DNA of 64,000 nucleotides, taken from NCBI GenBank assembly GCA_002189035.1, contig NEEC01000010.1, positions 2,790,001-2,854,000 on the forward strand, written 5' to 3'. The position numbers and the translations under genes are program-made. Each line of letters begins with the position of its first letter. Positions within the stretch are counted from its first letter, which is position 1. This document shows, in pieces, positions 13,722-27,365 of this stretch. The DNA is from Utricularia gibba (Eukaryota; Plantae; Magnoliophyta). Under the pieces are notes generated by a model, which was not told the DNA's origin, ran no database searches, and worked only from the letters and a program-made list of their open reading frames with translations.

Positions 13722-14817
13722 CGGTATAGGGGTATTTCGGGGATACCATTAAAGATGCTCCCGTTGGTAGTTAGTTGGTAGCCTTTTCTAGGGTTGAATT
13801 GAAAGTAATTTTTTGTTTTCAACTGTTCATTCCCATTTTCAGCCTCGAAATAAACGAAAATTTGTAACATTTTTTTAAAAAAAATAATAATTGGAATACG
13901 TACACATTGGATTTATATCATCATTTAAAAAATTACATGGTCAAAATTCTAATTCATTCTGATTCATGTAAACATGTATTCTATAAATTCACAAATTCTA
14001 AATATATTCATATATAAAAATAAATTTGAATATTATTTATTAAAAAAATAAAAATAATGTTAAATTTGACTATTTTTTATCAAAATGATGGAAGAAAATT
14101 TAAAAACAAAAAAAACTTAGTCTTATAATAGTCAACGCATACTAAAAATCTATAAATAAATTTTCATTGATTTTTGAAAACCAATTAATCAAAGTAAATA
14201 TAAATAACATGTGGCAATGTTATTTGATGAACATTATTCCACAGATTATTAAAATTTAGTAAGGGATTATGCATAAGTATGCCACAAGACATCATTTTCC
14301 ATGTATTTTGAAATCGGCCCATGACACATCACCATCCATGATGCCATCCAGACGTCTCTTTATCTTGGTCTCATGTGTAGCGTTGCAATTATGTTAGTCA
14401 CAAGTAGGGTTTTGAGTGGAGAGAGGATGTGATGCATGATTAAGAATTCACATGTGATGGTGAGGATGTGTGGGTGCGGGCGGGTGCATGTGTAGGTGGT
14501 GTGGCCCGGGCAGCCACACACAACAGCGGGCAGCGGCAGTGGGGGTGGGGGCCCCACCGGGAGTTAGTGCAATTCAACTACTCGCGACGTATCGTGGCTT
14601 TCGTCCTTTTTTCCGGTAAACCGAAACCCCTAATTTACCCGAAACCGCGAGTTTCCCGGGGTTGCTTCTTCTCGACATCATCTCCTTCCCAACTGCCGCA
14701 CTTTCCTCTTGCTTGGCTTGAAATTTATCTGCGGCTCTGGCGTCGGATTAGCTTCTTCTTAATTGTTTTTCTTTTGTTTTAATGGTTTGATGGTTGCGGG
14801 ATTTAGCAGCGGGGGTT

Positions 14818-16503
14818 ATGGAGCCGGAGAAGGGTCGAGGGGAGGCTCGGGGTAGAAGGACGTTCGATGAATTGTCGATGGAGAGCAGCAAGAGCTTCGT
14901 GATGGCGTTGCAGGTGTGATTCTTGGTTGATTGTTCTTCCTGGGGATGGGCTTTTGTTGTGGTTCCTGAATTTGGGCGGGGTCGATTGGTTGGATGAGGA
15001 ATGAGCTGTTTGTATACGTATTTTGTTTTTGGGGTAGGGTTCTGGGTTCTGATCGATTAGCTTACGGTTGTCTCCATTGAATAGGAACTAAAGAACCTCC
15101 AGCCGCAATTATACTCGGCTGCTGAGTATTGCGAGAAGTCTTACTTCAACAGCGACGACAAACAACTGTAAGCCTCTGCTGAATTTTGTCGTTGACACTT
15201 GTTGAAACTGGTCCAAATGTTGTATTCCCTGTTGACTAGAGAAGAATTAAGGTTTCACTGATGTCACTGAGGTTCCGTGGGATTGATTTCTTGTTTTTTT
15301 TCTGGTATACTGTTGGATGAGTTCTACTTACTATCATCAACAGCCAATGAAGGCTCTGTCATATGCTCCTCTTCCCTTTTCTTTTCTGCTTCGGCGTTGA
15401 TCTTTTTTTCTTTTCCTCTTTCAGGGTTCTGGAGAACCTTAAGGATTATACGGTGCGGGCAGTAGTGAATGCAATTGACCATCTTGGTACTGTTGCTTTT
15501 AAGTTGGGCGATATTGTGGACCAACAGACAATGGAGATCTCATCCTTGGAGCTGAAAGTTACAAATATAAATCAGGTACCATTCAGTGATGTTGAACCAA
15601 AAATGAAACTTTGGAACCTGGCTGATTCTTTCCTTTTTCCTTGAACTTGATCCATGCTAGCAACTTTTAACGTGTCAAACATACACGGACAATGAAGGCC
15701 TTCGGCAACAGCAATTATTGGCTGTCATACCAAGACATCACAAGCGTTATATGCTGCCTAGTAAGTCAAAGACTAAGTTTCTGTAGGAGGGTATGTGTTA
15801 ATTTCAGTATTCTCAATTTCTTCTTCTTCTTCTCCTGCTCTATTGGTTAGACTCAGTGAATAAGAAGGTGCATTTTAGCCCCCATGTACAGACGGATCCT
15901 AGGCAGCCTGTACAAGCAAGAGGAAACGTATCTCACTCAGGTGGACATTTTGTAGATATATTGCTATGCAGAACAGTTGGCATTTTTTGCTAATTTGTCC
16001 ATCAAAATGCTCCAGGTGCCGCATCTTCAAAGAGTAGTTTATCATGGCACTTGGCGTCAGAATCAAAGTCATCCTCCAGAAGCTCTTCACACGAAAAGAC
16101 TTCCGGTGCATTTAACTTCTCAGGTATCACCCATCCCTCATAGTGACAAGTTTGAATAAGCATACACTGCTCCACCACCTGTGCTCAACTTCTCGATTTC
16201 CTTTCACCCTCCCAGAAGCTGAAGACGCCTGGATGAAGTCAGGATCACTTTCTTCTCTGCAGCAGCGAACACATGGAGGCTCCAACAAAAGAGTAATGCC
16301 CCAATACTCTCTACGACTTGCTGTGCACTTTTATGAACTTCTGCTCTGTCGCAGGAACTGCTCGAGTCCTCGAAACCTTTACCCGGAAACAGGACCTTCG
16401 TTCTCCCCACCGAACGGGAGGTCTCCTGCACACCTGTTCGAAGCAGGGTCTGCTTTCCGCCTTCTTTAAGCAGAAGACACACAAAGTGAAGACAAACATG
16501 TGA
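14818..16503 (+). CDS. ABIL1: ABI-like protein (SCAR/WAVE complex subunit), multi-exon
   Basis: TFDELSME.SKSFV.ALQ|ELKNL.PQLYSAAEYCEKSY; LENLKDYTVRAVVNAIDHLGTVA.KL; IPRHHKRY.LP; C-terminal PVRS.(G)LLSAFFKQK (needs +1 G at ~16446). Confidence 0.88.
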
Positions 16504-17087
16504 ACGAACGAATACTCACTCGGTGAACCCTTCTTGATTCAACCAATTGTTTCATTAGTTTTCAGTACAGCAGCATCCATGTATGTTGGTCGGCCGCCGC
16601 CCATCTTCATCTCCTGCCACGCCGTCTCTGCATTCAATCATTGGGTTGTTGATATTGTACAGAAGCAAAACATTTCATTTTATGCGTTTGAGCTTCAATA
16701 ACGAATGAACTCTACTTTCACAAAATATTCATGGGTGTTTCCTATGTTTGTTTACATGTTATATCTAAATATAAATGATTTGATATATTATTAGTTAAAT
16801 TATATGTAAAATGCATATAATTGGTGGTCTGACAGTGGGTATTTTTAAAAATGACCCTGTGTAAAATTGGTGGTCTGAGGCATACACGTGTCGGATGTCA
16901 GATGCGACGCGTGGCTACGAGTAGGACACGGGAGATAATCTGAAGTGGGCCTGAAGGAATGTAAGCCCAACCCAAATGGAATATATATTAAAGGAGGGGA
17001 TTTGCCGGGGTGTTGCTCATTTTGTGATAGGAAAAGCAAGTGTTGGAAGGTGTAATCTCGGAAGTAAAACTTTAATCGATCGTTCGG

Positions 17088-17798
17088 ATGCCGAAGAACA
17101 AGGGTAAGGGAGGTAAGAATCGGAAGAGGGGAAAGAACGAGGCCGATGACGAGAAGCGGGAGCTCGTATTCAAGGAAGACGGCCAGGAGTATGCCCAGGT
17201 TCTGCGTATGCTCGGTAACGGCCGCTGCGAAGCCATGTGCATCGATGGCGTCAAGCGTCTGTGTCACATCCGCGGAAAGATGCACAAGAAAGTTTGGATT
17301 GCTGCCGGCGATATCATCCTTGTTGGTCTCCGTGATTATCAAGTACGTTTTCATGGTTTTGCTGCGCGGATTTTTTTTCCCTAGGGTTTTGGTTAATTGG
17401 TTATTCGTCTAATTGGCTGCGTTGAATATGAATTCCGTTTCTGTGTCTTTATTCGTTGAACGTGAAAGATTACCTTTTTCGAGCATCTTTTCTTTTGCTT
17501 GTCGTCCGCGAGCTTGCTGGTGCGGAGTATGCAGATGTGTGTATGATCCTTGTTGGTTGGCGTTGAAACTTGTGCTCTGACCATCGCTCTCATTGCTGTC
17601 ATGACATGTTACCAGGATGATAAAGCCGATGTGATCTTGAAGTACATGCCAGATGAAGCTAGATTGTTGAAGGCATACTCAGAACTCCCCGAAAACACCA
17701 GGCTCAACGAGGGTATTGCCGGTGGACTTGATGAGGAAGACGAGGGCCCTGGTGATGATTACATTGAATTCGAGGATGAGGACATCAACAAGCTCTAG
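17088..17798 (+). CDS. eIF1A: Eukaryotic translation initiation factor 1A (exons 17088-17342, 17616-17798)
   Basis: [18 protein letters not shown]...[20 protein letters not shown]...[24 protein letters not shown]|[10 protein letters not shown]; acidic tail. Confidence 0.98.
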
Positions 17799-18202
17799 AG
17801 ATCAGCAGTTGATGGCCCTGAAATGGCTCTGATGTGATGGAGTTTGCTCTAGAGGATGATTAGCCCTCACTTGTTCCTTTCCAAATCAATGTCACCCTTG
17901 CCTTTCCTTTGATGCTCTCTTCACATAACCAAGTGGCTCATCATGGTATTGTGACGGTCTGTTTTACACATTGCCTGCTGCTCCTGGGTTGGGGTTTAAA
18001 CTTAAACTTCACGCAAGAGATGTTTAAAAGGAAACACTCCAACTTCTTCAATTCCATCGGCATATATATACCGTTTCTGAACTGCTAAACTAATGGAGAA
18101 TATATTGCAACAGACTAACTGAATCACCTCTTGCCACCCTTTCGTCTTCAAGCTTCTGTCTTCGCCATCGAGATCGCTTTCTGATCGTGCCCAGATGAAT
18201 TG

Positions 18203-19065
18203 ATGGGTCCTTGGCCACATTTCCTGATGATTTCTGTAACGATCCTGTTTTGGGTATCCATCGAGGATCATCATCATCATCATCAGATAGCCAGCAATCC
18301 AGAGATTCATTGGATTTCTTCATATACCATCACTGTCTCGAAAGACTGTCTCCTCATCCTCGTACGAGCAGACTCTACAGCGTTGATCTCCGGGGGAATT
18401 TCTCAGGGATCGGAGTCTCCTTCATTCGCCTCAGGGCCAGCACTTTGTGGAGAAAAGGAGCGAACCACAATCCCTTTCATGTCCCAAAACACACGCACGT
18501 GTGGCCATTTTCAAGAAGAGTGGATTTAGTGTACCAAAACCTTGGGAACTTGTCCTCGTTCTATTACCATGTCCCCGGTCACACCATCGTCTCCCCTGTG
18601 CTAGGACTCCTTGTGTACAATAACTCGAAGCCGGTGGAACTACGCGTGCCGGGCGGCGACGCCGATGACGAAGAACACCGTATAGTCATTCAGTTCCCAT
18701 CGGCAACAAGTGGGAAATGTGTGAGATTTGATCCAGATGGGAAGGTGGAGTTCCTGAATGTAGACAAGCAAAGCAGATGCATGGTGAGAAAACAGGGCCA
18801 TTTCTGCGTTGCTGTGAGAGACAAGGGGAATGAAGAAGAGAACAGGAAGGTGATCGGAATCGTGGCGGGAGCCGTTGGGATCTTGGTGATCTGCACGACC
18901 GGAGCCGTTCTCTGGAGGAAGTTCAGATGGAAGAAGGTGAAGAAAATGGAGACGCAGTCGGAGAGAAGCGAGAGCCTGGGAACCACTTGGGTCGGAAGCA
19001 GCAGAATGCCCTCCGCTCCCACAATCAGAACACAGCCTGCTATCGAAAACACTTGCGCTCCGTGA
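18203..19065 (+). CDS. DUF1191-family single-pass membrane protein (apparent 1-bp deletion ~18265)
   Basis: Signal peptide from ATG 18203; SGI.VS.IRLR..TLWRKG, LVYQNLGN.S..YY..PG...VSPVLGLL.Y, TM segment, C-terminal LGTTWVG.SRMP.A..IRTQP.IE. Confidence 0.85.
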
Positions 19066-19331
19066 TCCATATTTTTATATTAAATATATTAACTATTCTG
19101 ACTGGTAAAAAAACAAGTAATCAACTCAAGAAAAAAAAAAAGAAACATTAAAAAAGCAACTATATGGAACTTATCTTTCGAGAATTCATCTGGAGGTTAC
19201 AGTGGCGTCTCTTCCGAAAGGCATTTTATTCCACTACTGCGACAGAGCAGCTACGGAGTCAGGCGAAAAGACATATAGACAGCAAATGTTTCAATCATAA
19301 GCTGCATGAGGAGACGGTTGCCGCAGCTGCT

Positions 19332-21614
19332 TCAGTCAGAGATCCTGATGTCTACCCCATCAACTCCTTCATTTGTTCGTACGAAACGAAGGCAATGGCG
19401 ATGGAGGGAACAACCTGGACACGTGTGAACAGAGGGGAACTACTCAGGACTGATTAGGTTTAGTTGGTGGATGGGAGGAAACTGACCTTCACACAGTTAG
19501 GGATCAAGCCTTTGTACAATGCTCTGAGGCCCTCGTGCCTCACTGTCTTCCTGAAAGCGTCAACCATGCCGGTGTACTCTAAGGATGCTTGGCTTCTGCC
19601 ATCGCCAGTTACAACTGAAGAAGCATGAGCCCATCCAACCATCTGCATTCTTCGACGGATGACGTCGAGGGGTAGGAAACGGTTTGGCCAACGGTTCCTG
19701 CCACGGCTCCACATCCTAGTCGCATCACAACACTTAGTTCCTTGTTTTCAGCAAGATTGTAGGGATTGGATGTGACCAACCAGTCTTTGAGTGATTCATA
19801 GACTGCAAAGTTGAGACCCACGTACGGAATCTGCACATATGGATAAGAGATCAAATAGCACCCAAGATTCAAACAAAGCAAATGTTTTCAGCGGAGTTTA
19901 ATCAACAATATGCAGGAGACTAGCTATAATCATGTAGCAAACTCTAGATTGTGGATCTTCTTCATAAAAGAACACTGGATCACAGAGAAAAGCAACTTTG
20001 TTATTGTGCTCAGAATGAGTGGGGGATTTAATGGACGTATTTTCATCCTAGAGTGACTAACATGACTGTATGTGACGGCAAAGCTAAGTCATCTTAGAAC
20101 CATGTGCCGTGGTGGTTCTCCAAAACTGTTTAAAAACTTACAACTCCAATAACAGAGGGGAGCCAACCCTTGTACAGTGCACGGAAGCCTTCTTCTCGGA
20201 GTACAGTAGATAAGGCATGACACATCCCTCTATACTGATAAGGGGAACTCTCAGTCTGTAACAAAATGTATAAACACCATTACTACGAATGAATAAGTGT
20301 GCAAACAATGGAAACATTTTCACAACAGACCTGCACAGTGAGCCTGCCCCTAACCATGTCCATCGGGTAAGTAGCAGACATGGCTATTATTCCAGCACAA
20401 GCTCCAGCCGCAAGGCGGAGTACAGGAGTCAGCTGAGCATCATCTACAAGAAAGGGGTATATGGAATTCTCATCAATGCCCATTGTGGTACACTATATAT
20501 TGTTGTACCTACATTGTGACTGAATAAAGAACTTCGTAAAAAAGTCCTTGTAACCTACAATCCCTAGTTTTAGGTCAGTTTTTGGAAAAAAAAAAAAATA
20601 CGTTTCTTAAAATTATTTCACCTCTAATGACACCAAGACATACCATTTCCAGTTCTTTGCTGGTAGAGATACAATATGCCCCTGTAACACCACAGACAGG
20701 CATTTAGAATGAACGCTTCATCAAATATCTCAAAGGCTAGACCCTTCAAAAGTCCATCGGATAAGAAAAGAGTGGAAATGTTCAGTATATTTCTTATTTC
20801 TCATTCAAACTAAACAATTATGATGATTCAAAAAAAAAGAACAATATGAACATATCAAATGACACTCTTTTTCATGAATCACTAGAATTATGGATGGTCA
20901 TACTTGGATGCTTGCTCATAGCTGAAGAACTTTACTGCAGAATTTGGCACAATTCGAGCACAGTTTGTTCCATTACCCTTGAATAAACCACCGAACCCCT
21001 CGGTTCTCCATATGTACTTCAAGCCTTGGATAGTTCCATTGTATTTTATGCTATGAGGATTCTGAACCTGATAAACAATATTACAAGACCCATGTAGCAC
21101 GAGCGTAAAGAGCATTTCAAAAAGCCACGTACGTGATTAACACCACAAGCATGATCTAAGGCACAAATGCAGCAAAGATTCTTTCTAGCTCAGTAAACTA
21201 ACCTGCAAAAGGATTTTCAGACGCTCTAAAGGAGCTACAGCAGTCCTAGACCTGAAAAAAGCGCAAAAGCTCAACAACACGGGACCAGATAAGGGACCAA
21301 ACCATCATTTCATCTCCACGTCAAGAAATTCCATTTCCAAAAGTTGAAAGAATATGCCAGAAGACACAAATCAAAAGATTAAACAAAGCGAAAATGATAA
21401 CTTCTTCCATAAACGCGCACAGAATAAAAAATAGACGATTAACTATCGAAATCACTCACACTGCACCGGCAACACCCCCTGCTATGAGAGACTTGGTGAT
21501 TCTCAACAACTGATATTGGATAGGCTTGATTTCCTCCTTACTAAGTTTCGCCTCCTCCGCAAAATTAACAATCTGAGACACCGCCGATTCAGTCTTCACA
21601 TCCTCCGACGCCAT
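19332..21614 (-). CDS. ADNT1: Mitochondrial carrier family adenine nucleotide transporter, multi-exon
   Basis: MASEDVKT..SAVS.IVN.AEEAKL; KSL.AGGVAGA; GLFKGNGTNCARIVPNSAVKFFSYEQAS; YPMDMVRGRL; YP(L)DVIRRRMQM; VVPSIAIAFV.YE..K..G(V)DIRISD*. Two homopolymer deletions (~19672, ~19356). Confidence 0.93.
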
Positions 21615-22785
21615 AACACTACCGCCGCCCAAACTCAAAAACAAAGAACCAATCGCACACCGGATTTCCAAAAAAACAAACGAAACCTACAAAAACAATA
21701 TTAGACAGCTCTGTACTCGCCGAGCGGCGGTAGCGGCGTCGACAGAAACGCGGAGAAGCCAAGGATCGGGAAACCGAGACAAAGATTCCCGCAAGCAGTG
21801 ACTGTGTAGGAGCAACGTCTGCAGGTAAAGCTTTCCCCCAGGGTTTTTATATCGACGGCTGACTCAGCCACTTGCCCTTCCCAAAACTCCAGTAAACTCG
21901 TTAGGTAGACAAATGAGCTTGGCGTACTTGGAAAGCTATTTTTTCATCATTAATTATAATAATAGCTAATAATATCTCCATTTTAACTCCGCCCTTATTT
22001 TAATTTAATTTTAATTGGATAAGCCTAGTTTCTGTACCACATTTTTAAATTGGATGGATTTTCATTTTACAATCAATATACAGTTTAATCATTAATTTTC
22101 AAAATTATATTGTTGTCATTTCAACTTGTTTTTTTATAAATAATTTGATTTTAAATTTATGAAATTACATATTTAATTTTTACATTATCAAAACTAATCG
22201 ATTTTAGATCTTAATATTTTGCCCCAAAATTATAAACATTACGAGGTACAAACATGATATAACTTTAATATAGATATCACTCGATTCTTTGAACACGAAT
22301 TCAAAAAAATTTAACACAAAATTTTTTTGGATTCAAAATAAAAATATTATGAAGCCGTTCATTTTTTTACAAATTTTGAAAAACATTTAGATCTTCAATT
22401 GCAAATTTTTTACAACTTAAAATATTTTTTTGTAATTTTAAAATTTGAACATTAAATTCCTTATATTAACTGAAAATTGAGATATTTTTCTTATAATTTT
22501 TAGTTGATTATGTATCATTTGTTTATATGATTTATGAACGATTAACATATAAAGTTGCAATAAATTTATACGAATGAATAACTAATTTATTACATATTTT
22601 ATAAAATTATACACCACAAATATCACTTAATATATTATAAGTATTATTAAATATATCTGGTTATTTTATTATTATTTGTTTAAAAAAGTTATTGATCATT
22701 AAACCCTAAGCCCTGAATCACCAAACGAATGTCTTATTTATTCAAAAGAATGCCAAATGGTGATCCTTCTTCGGTGCTGGTTCCA

Positions 22786-25700
22786 TCAGCCAATACATTT
22801 ACGGTACATGGCTAGAGCCCAGATCGGGAATACATTCCGATAGAGTGGGTAGTGCAGAATGCAGTTTCTCAAGAAGGCTCCAGAAAGTTCCTGAAACTTC
22901 CATTCTCAGTTACTGGATCAAGAGTGCAGTAAACGTTGATTTAGTTACCTGCTGGGGGAAATCTCCATCCTCCAACTGGGCGTTGATCAGAAGCCTTGCT
23001 GCACGGTTGAGTGGGGTGATGTCTCTCTGTGCCTGGAATAAATAATACTTTTTTTAATTTAATATAACAACAAATGGACTGTTGGGTTGGGCTGATGATT
23101 GACCTGGCCCGAATGCATGAGGCCCAACATGGCCCATGAGGTTTGCACCAAGTTTGAGCGATCTCCTTCCAGTGCCACGTACTCCTGTTATTTAATAATT
23201 TTAATTAATTAAGCGTATGTATATATTATTTACATGTTTTCAGAGCTTACCTTCTTAGGGCAAGAAAGGTAGGATTCTCCCCAACCGCCGTCGTCCCTCT
23301 GCGTGCTTAAGAGAAAATTAACTCCTCGACGGATGGCGGAGCAATTCTGGTATGTATTGCCGGCGGCGGATAGTCCGGAGAGTGCGAACCAAGCGCCGTA
23401 GGTGAAGCAAACTGCCCAACTCCCGTACCTTGCAAAACAATATGCTATCGATGATGGTGATTGGGATCGTAAGTGTTGAAGTTCTTTTACCATGAGCCAT
23501 CGGGTCTTTGAATACTCTTGATGTATTCATCAGCTTTCTTGATGGCGATCTCGATTTCTTTATTAAGGTGGTGGGGGTGCAGTTTCTTGAACAGAACTAG
23601 GGCCTCGATTGATGCAGCTGTGCATTCCACGTACTCGTATTCCACGACGATACCTTCGTAAAACTCCGAAGGATTCAGCAACTGCAAAATGTGCTTTTTT
23701 TTTCGGATGAAGTTTAATCGGTTTGGAATGTGGATGTGGGAACCTACCTCAAGCCACTTTGATGCCCCTGCTGGCTCCCAAGCTGAAAAGCCACCATTTT
23801 TGCTCTGCAGTTGTAAACCGTGAGATGGGACAAAATGGAATGGATTATGCCCAACGCGTGTCTGTGAAAAAGTCTCACTTGCAAATACATGATCACATTG
23901 ACAGCATCGTGGAGTTTCACGTCTTTCATCTTGTCTCCAACGATTTCCGGTGACATCATGGAGAAGAGAAGGCAACACTGATAAACAGAAACTCAAAGGG
24001 ATGTCTTTTCCATCAAGAATCAAAATACCAATGGATTGCAAGCGTACCTTTAAACCCTCTGCGGTGCAATCGGAGACTGGCAATCCATGATCTTGATCAG
24101 AAAATGTCCATGATCCTCTAGAAATATGCCGGTACATACTCCGGAAATCACCTGAAGGATTATCCTTCACCTGCATGTGAGTAGCTATTGATATATCTGT
24201 TGATTTGCAGCGTGGCTAGAACATTTGTAATGAAGTAGCAACCTGAGATTTCTTTATGAACTCATGACCCCTCTTTAAGGTCTCTCCTATCTCATCAGTG
24301 AGATCACATTCCAATAATGCTTGTATGGCAGAACTTGCATCCCACAGCTGACTGCCAATACTCTGTTTATGAACCCATGATCAGTTATTGTCAGTTCTAG
24401 ATCATGGATTGTGAGCATTTTTGTTTATAATAACTGAATAAAGCATCGCACTGGTACATTACCTGCATCTTCATGCCATCCTCCGCTACCCACATGTAAT
24501 CGGGGATGCGGGCGAGGTGTTTCTTGACGTACTCCCCCTGAGGATCCTCAACCCAACAAGCCATCAAGCAAAGTGCCTTCTCTATGCAGCCTATGGTAAT
24601 GTATCTACTGTTTTCATCTTCATAATGAACGTGTTTCATGGTAACTTGCAGAGCTTTGTCCCTCAGCTTATAGAAAGGCCAGCGAGACAGTAGAGGCTCA
24701 GCAATTGCATAGCAAGCATCCCAAATGAAGTCCTGTACAAATCCATGCGCATAATACAGATCCTCCTGCCATAGCATACAGGTTTTCAGATCTTGCTCCT
24801 TCCTCTTCATTAAGTGTAATTCATTATCAATGACTAACCTTTGCGCATACTTTTCGCAGGCTTCTCCAATCAATCTTCTCGTAAGGCTCATCATATAACT
24901 CTTGTCTGAGTTCTAAGATCAGAGGAGTGATTGGAGCTACAAATCTCTTGCCATACAAGTAGGACATTGGCATGTAAACCGTACGACAATAACACATCAT
25001 TTTGCCTGCCATTTGAAATAAGATATATCATGTCAACCTGTGTCATGAAAAAGGAAAACAGACAGAAGAGGACCTGGATGCATTGGGAGATATGAAGGGA
25101 ACAACCAGAATTCAGGTGGCATCGGGTTAGTACCGGACCAATCGTACAACCCGATTATCTGAAAATAGGAACAATCATGTACATGTTTCACTAGTCTCAA
25201 TCTCTGAAAGTTTAGAGTTGAGAAAGAGTACCGATAGATAAGTCTTGCCCCAAGAAGGGATGGCCTTAACCGTTCCGTGGTCCATGATCCACTTCCTAGC
25301 TTTGATGCAGGAGGTATTGTTGCTGTCTACGCCCAGAATCCTCATGCAAATGTAACTTAGTGCAGTGCAGAACATCATGCTGTGACCTTCTACATGGAAC
25401 CCCCATCCTCCATCTTCATTCTATCATCAATTCTCAAGTATGTTGTACAGTTTTTTCTCTTGTGCTTAAATTGTTATCTCGTTCTAGTTCTTACCCAAAA
25501 TTGAGTTAGTTTACCTGATGGCAGTACAGATAACGAAGAATCTCTCTGCAGTGTTGGGGTGAGAAAACAGTATTGAGGCATCCCATCATGTACAAGGTCA
25601 TCACCTGCATGGCGTAAGTGGCAAGGTTGAAAAAATTGCAACGCTTTATTTCTAAAACAGGCAAAGGCGAATGCTTTACCAGTGGCGGTAGAAAGTACAG

Positions 25701-26135
25701 CGGGCCGGAGTTTTCTGCGGGCCAGTGGCCGTCGCTGGCTTGCAACGTCGCCAAAAAATGAACCCCACGCCGGAGAGCGGCGGTGGCTTTCTCATGACTC
25801 ACATCTTCATCATCACCCACCCTCACTTGCTGTATCCTTTGCCGAAAGTTACTCTCATGCAAATACTGCACAATTCAGCATGCTATGTAAGTTGGCAATA
25901 ATCACTTGTTCATAAAATTTTCGAACGCAAATACCTGCATCCGCCATAGGAGATCACCGTTTGCCTTCACACGGTGGCGATTCTCCCAAAAGTCACTTCG
26001 GGCCTTCTCCACTGCTTCCCGGAGCTCCGGTGTGCCGTAGTCCTCATCGAAAGTCCACGTCTGTCTTCCCACAAAGTTGTTAGTGGTGTAGAGGTAAGGA
26101 TTATTGTCTCCCTGAGCAACTTTGAGTCTCCACAT
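22786..26135 (-). CDS. Oxidosqualene cyclase OSC1 (non-sterol triterpene synthase type), about 16 exons, apparently intact
   Basis: MWRLKVA start; NFVGRQTW; [11 protein letters not shown]; MMCYCR; SDCTAE catalytic motif; QW repeats ([27 protein letters not shown]); last exon [26 protein letters not shown]; stop 22786-22788. Confidence 0.95.
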
Positions 26136-26813
26136 GACTGACTACTTGCTATGCTGCGAAGAAAAAATATGATGTCAATGATGGCTTTCTGAAATGCATG
26201 CATGTCGAAGTATTACATGAAAAAACCAAGGTTTGTTTGTCATTTGCAGGCTAGAGAGGAAGGGGGAGTATTCATGACTGGCAAACCTGAATGCCTTGGA
26301 GTTGCCACAAGTGACTCTGAGGAGAAAATGCCTGTGTATCTATAGTTCCATACTACAACAGTAGCTCTGCCTGCATCTTTTATGGGGAGGTAGGAGGTCT
26401 ACATTTACTGCAAGCACGGAGAAGGACATGCATTCAGGCAATTTTTTCTAAAAAACAAAGAATCAAGTTGGAGGGCTGGAGGTATGCAACGATCATCATG
26501 TAATAATTAATGATCCAATATAATTGCTTCACCGTGACCATCTTCCATTCCCTGGACTCTGACACTTTTCAAATCCTAAGGTTTTGCATCACACTCTCCT
26601 GTATTTTGGAGAAATAGGAAATTGTCCTAATCCATAAGCTACACAATTTTTTTACCTGATACGTGTTAAATGTGTGAGTTTTTTACCTATTTTGTTAGAA
26701 ACCATGTCAGACTATATATTTTATTATATTAATTATAAATTTTTTATAATTATAATTAAAAGTATGCATATTTTAATAAAAATATGTTTTATAGTAAAAT
26801 GTTATGTTAATAT

Positions 26814-27365
26814 CTGTGATTGTGACTCGGGTTTCAAAACCGGTTTGACCGGTCAAACTCTGAGTTTGACCGATCAATATATATTATATTAAAATTTATT
26901 TTATTATTATATAATAAAAGTACAAATATAATAACTTAAATCATTATTTGTCATATATAGATATAAAGATTGAGTTTTCATTAATATTATTATTAAATAT
27001 TAATAATAAAGATCATTAACTATTATTATTAAGTTTTCATTAACTCAAACATTGAGCATAAAAAAACAGAGAAATGCATTGATTTTGAATGTCATTTACA
27101 TACCATTGCAATAACAAAACAAGTATTGAAAAATTAGCAAAATTAAAAATTGATAGTGTGCAATATTTATTCAATAGCTATATATAGTACTAAAATCTAT
27201 AAATAAACAATTATTACCCTGCAATTTGATAAAAATAATGGCAGGACTGTTTTTAATAAAAAAATCTTAAAAAATAGGTACTTGATAGACCCTTTAACCG
27301 GTAAAACAAGATAAATCGATTAATCGGTTTGACTCGCCGGTTAACCGGTCGAGTCACAATCACAG
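26814..27365. mobile_element. Non-autonomous hAT-type element / MITE (552 bp) upstream of OSC1
   Basis: 16-bp TIR CTGTGATTGTGACTCG ... CGAGTCACAATCACAG; perfect 8-bp TSD GTTAATAT (26806-26813, 27366-27373); subterminal ACCGG motifs. Confidence 0.88.

Noticed and set aside
16845-17354. 169-aa minus-strand ORF
   Set aside because: Antisense shadow of highly conserved eIF1A exon 1.
1790-26135. CRTISO plus OSC as a joint isoprenoid cluster
   Set aside because: Different compartments and pathways, 18 kb apart with nine unrelated genes between.
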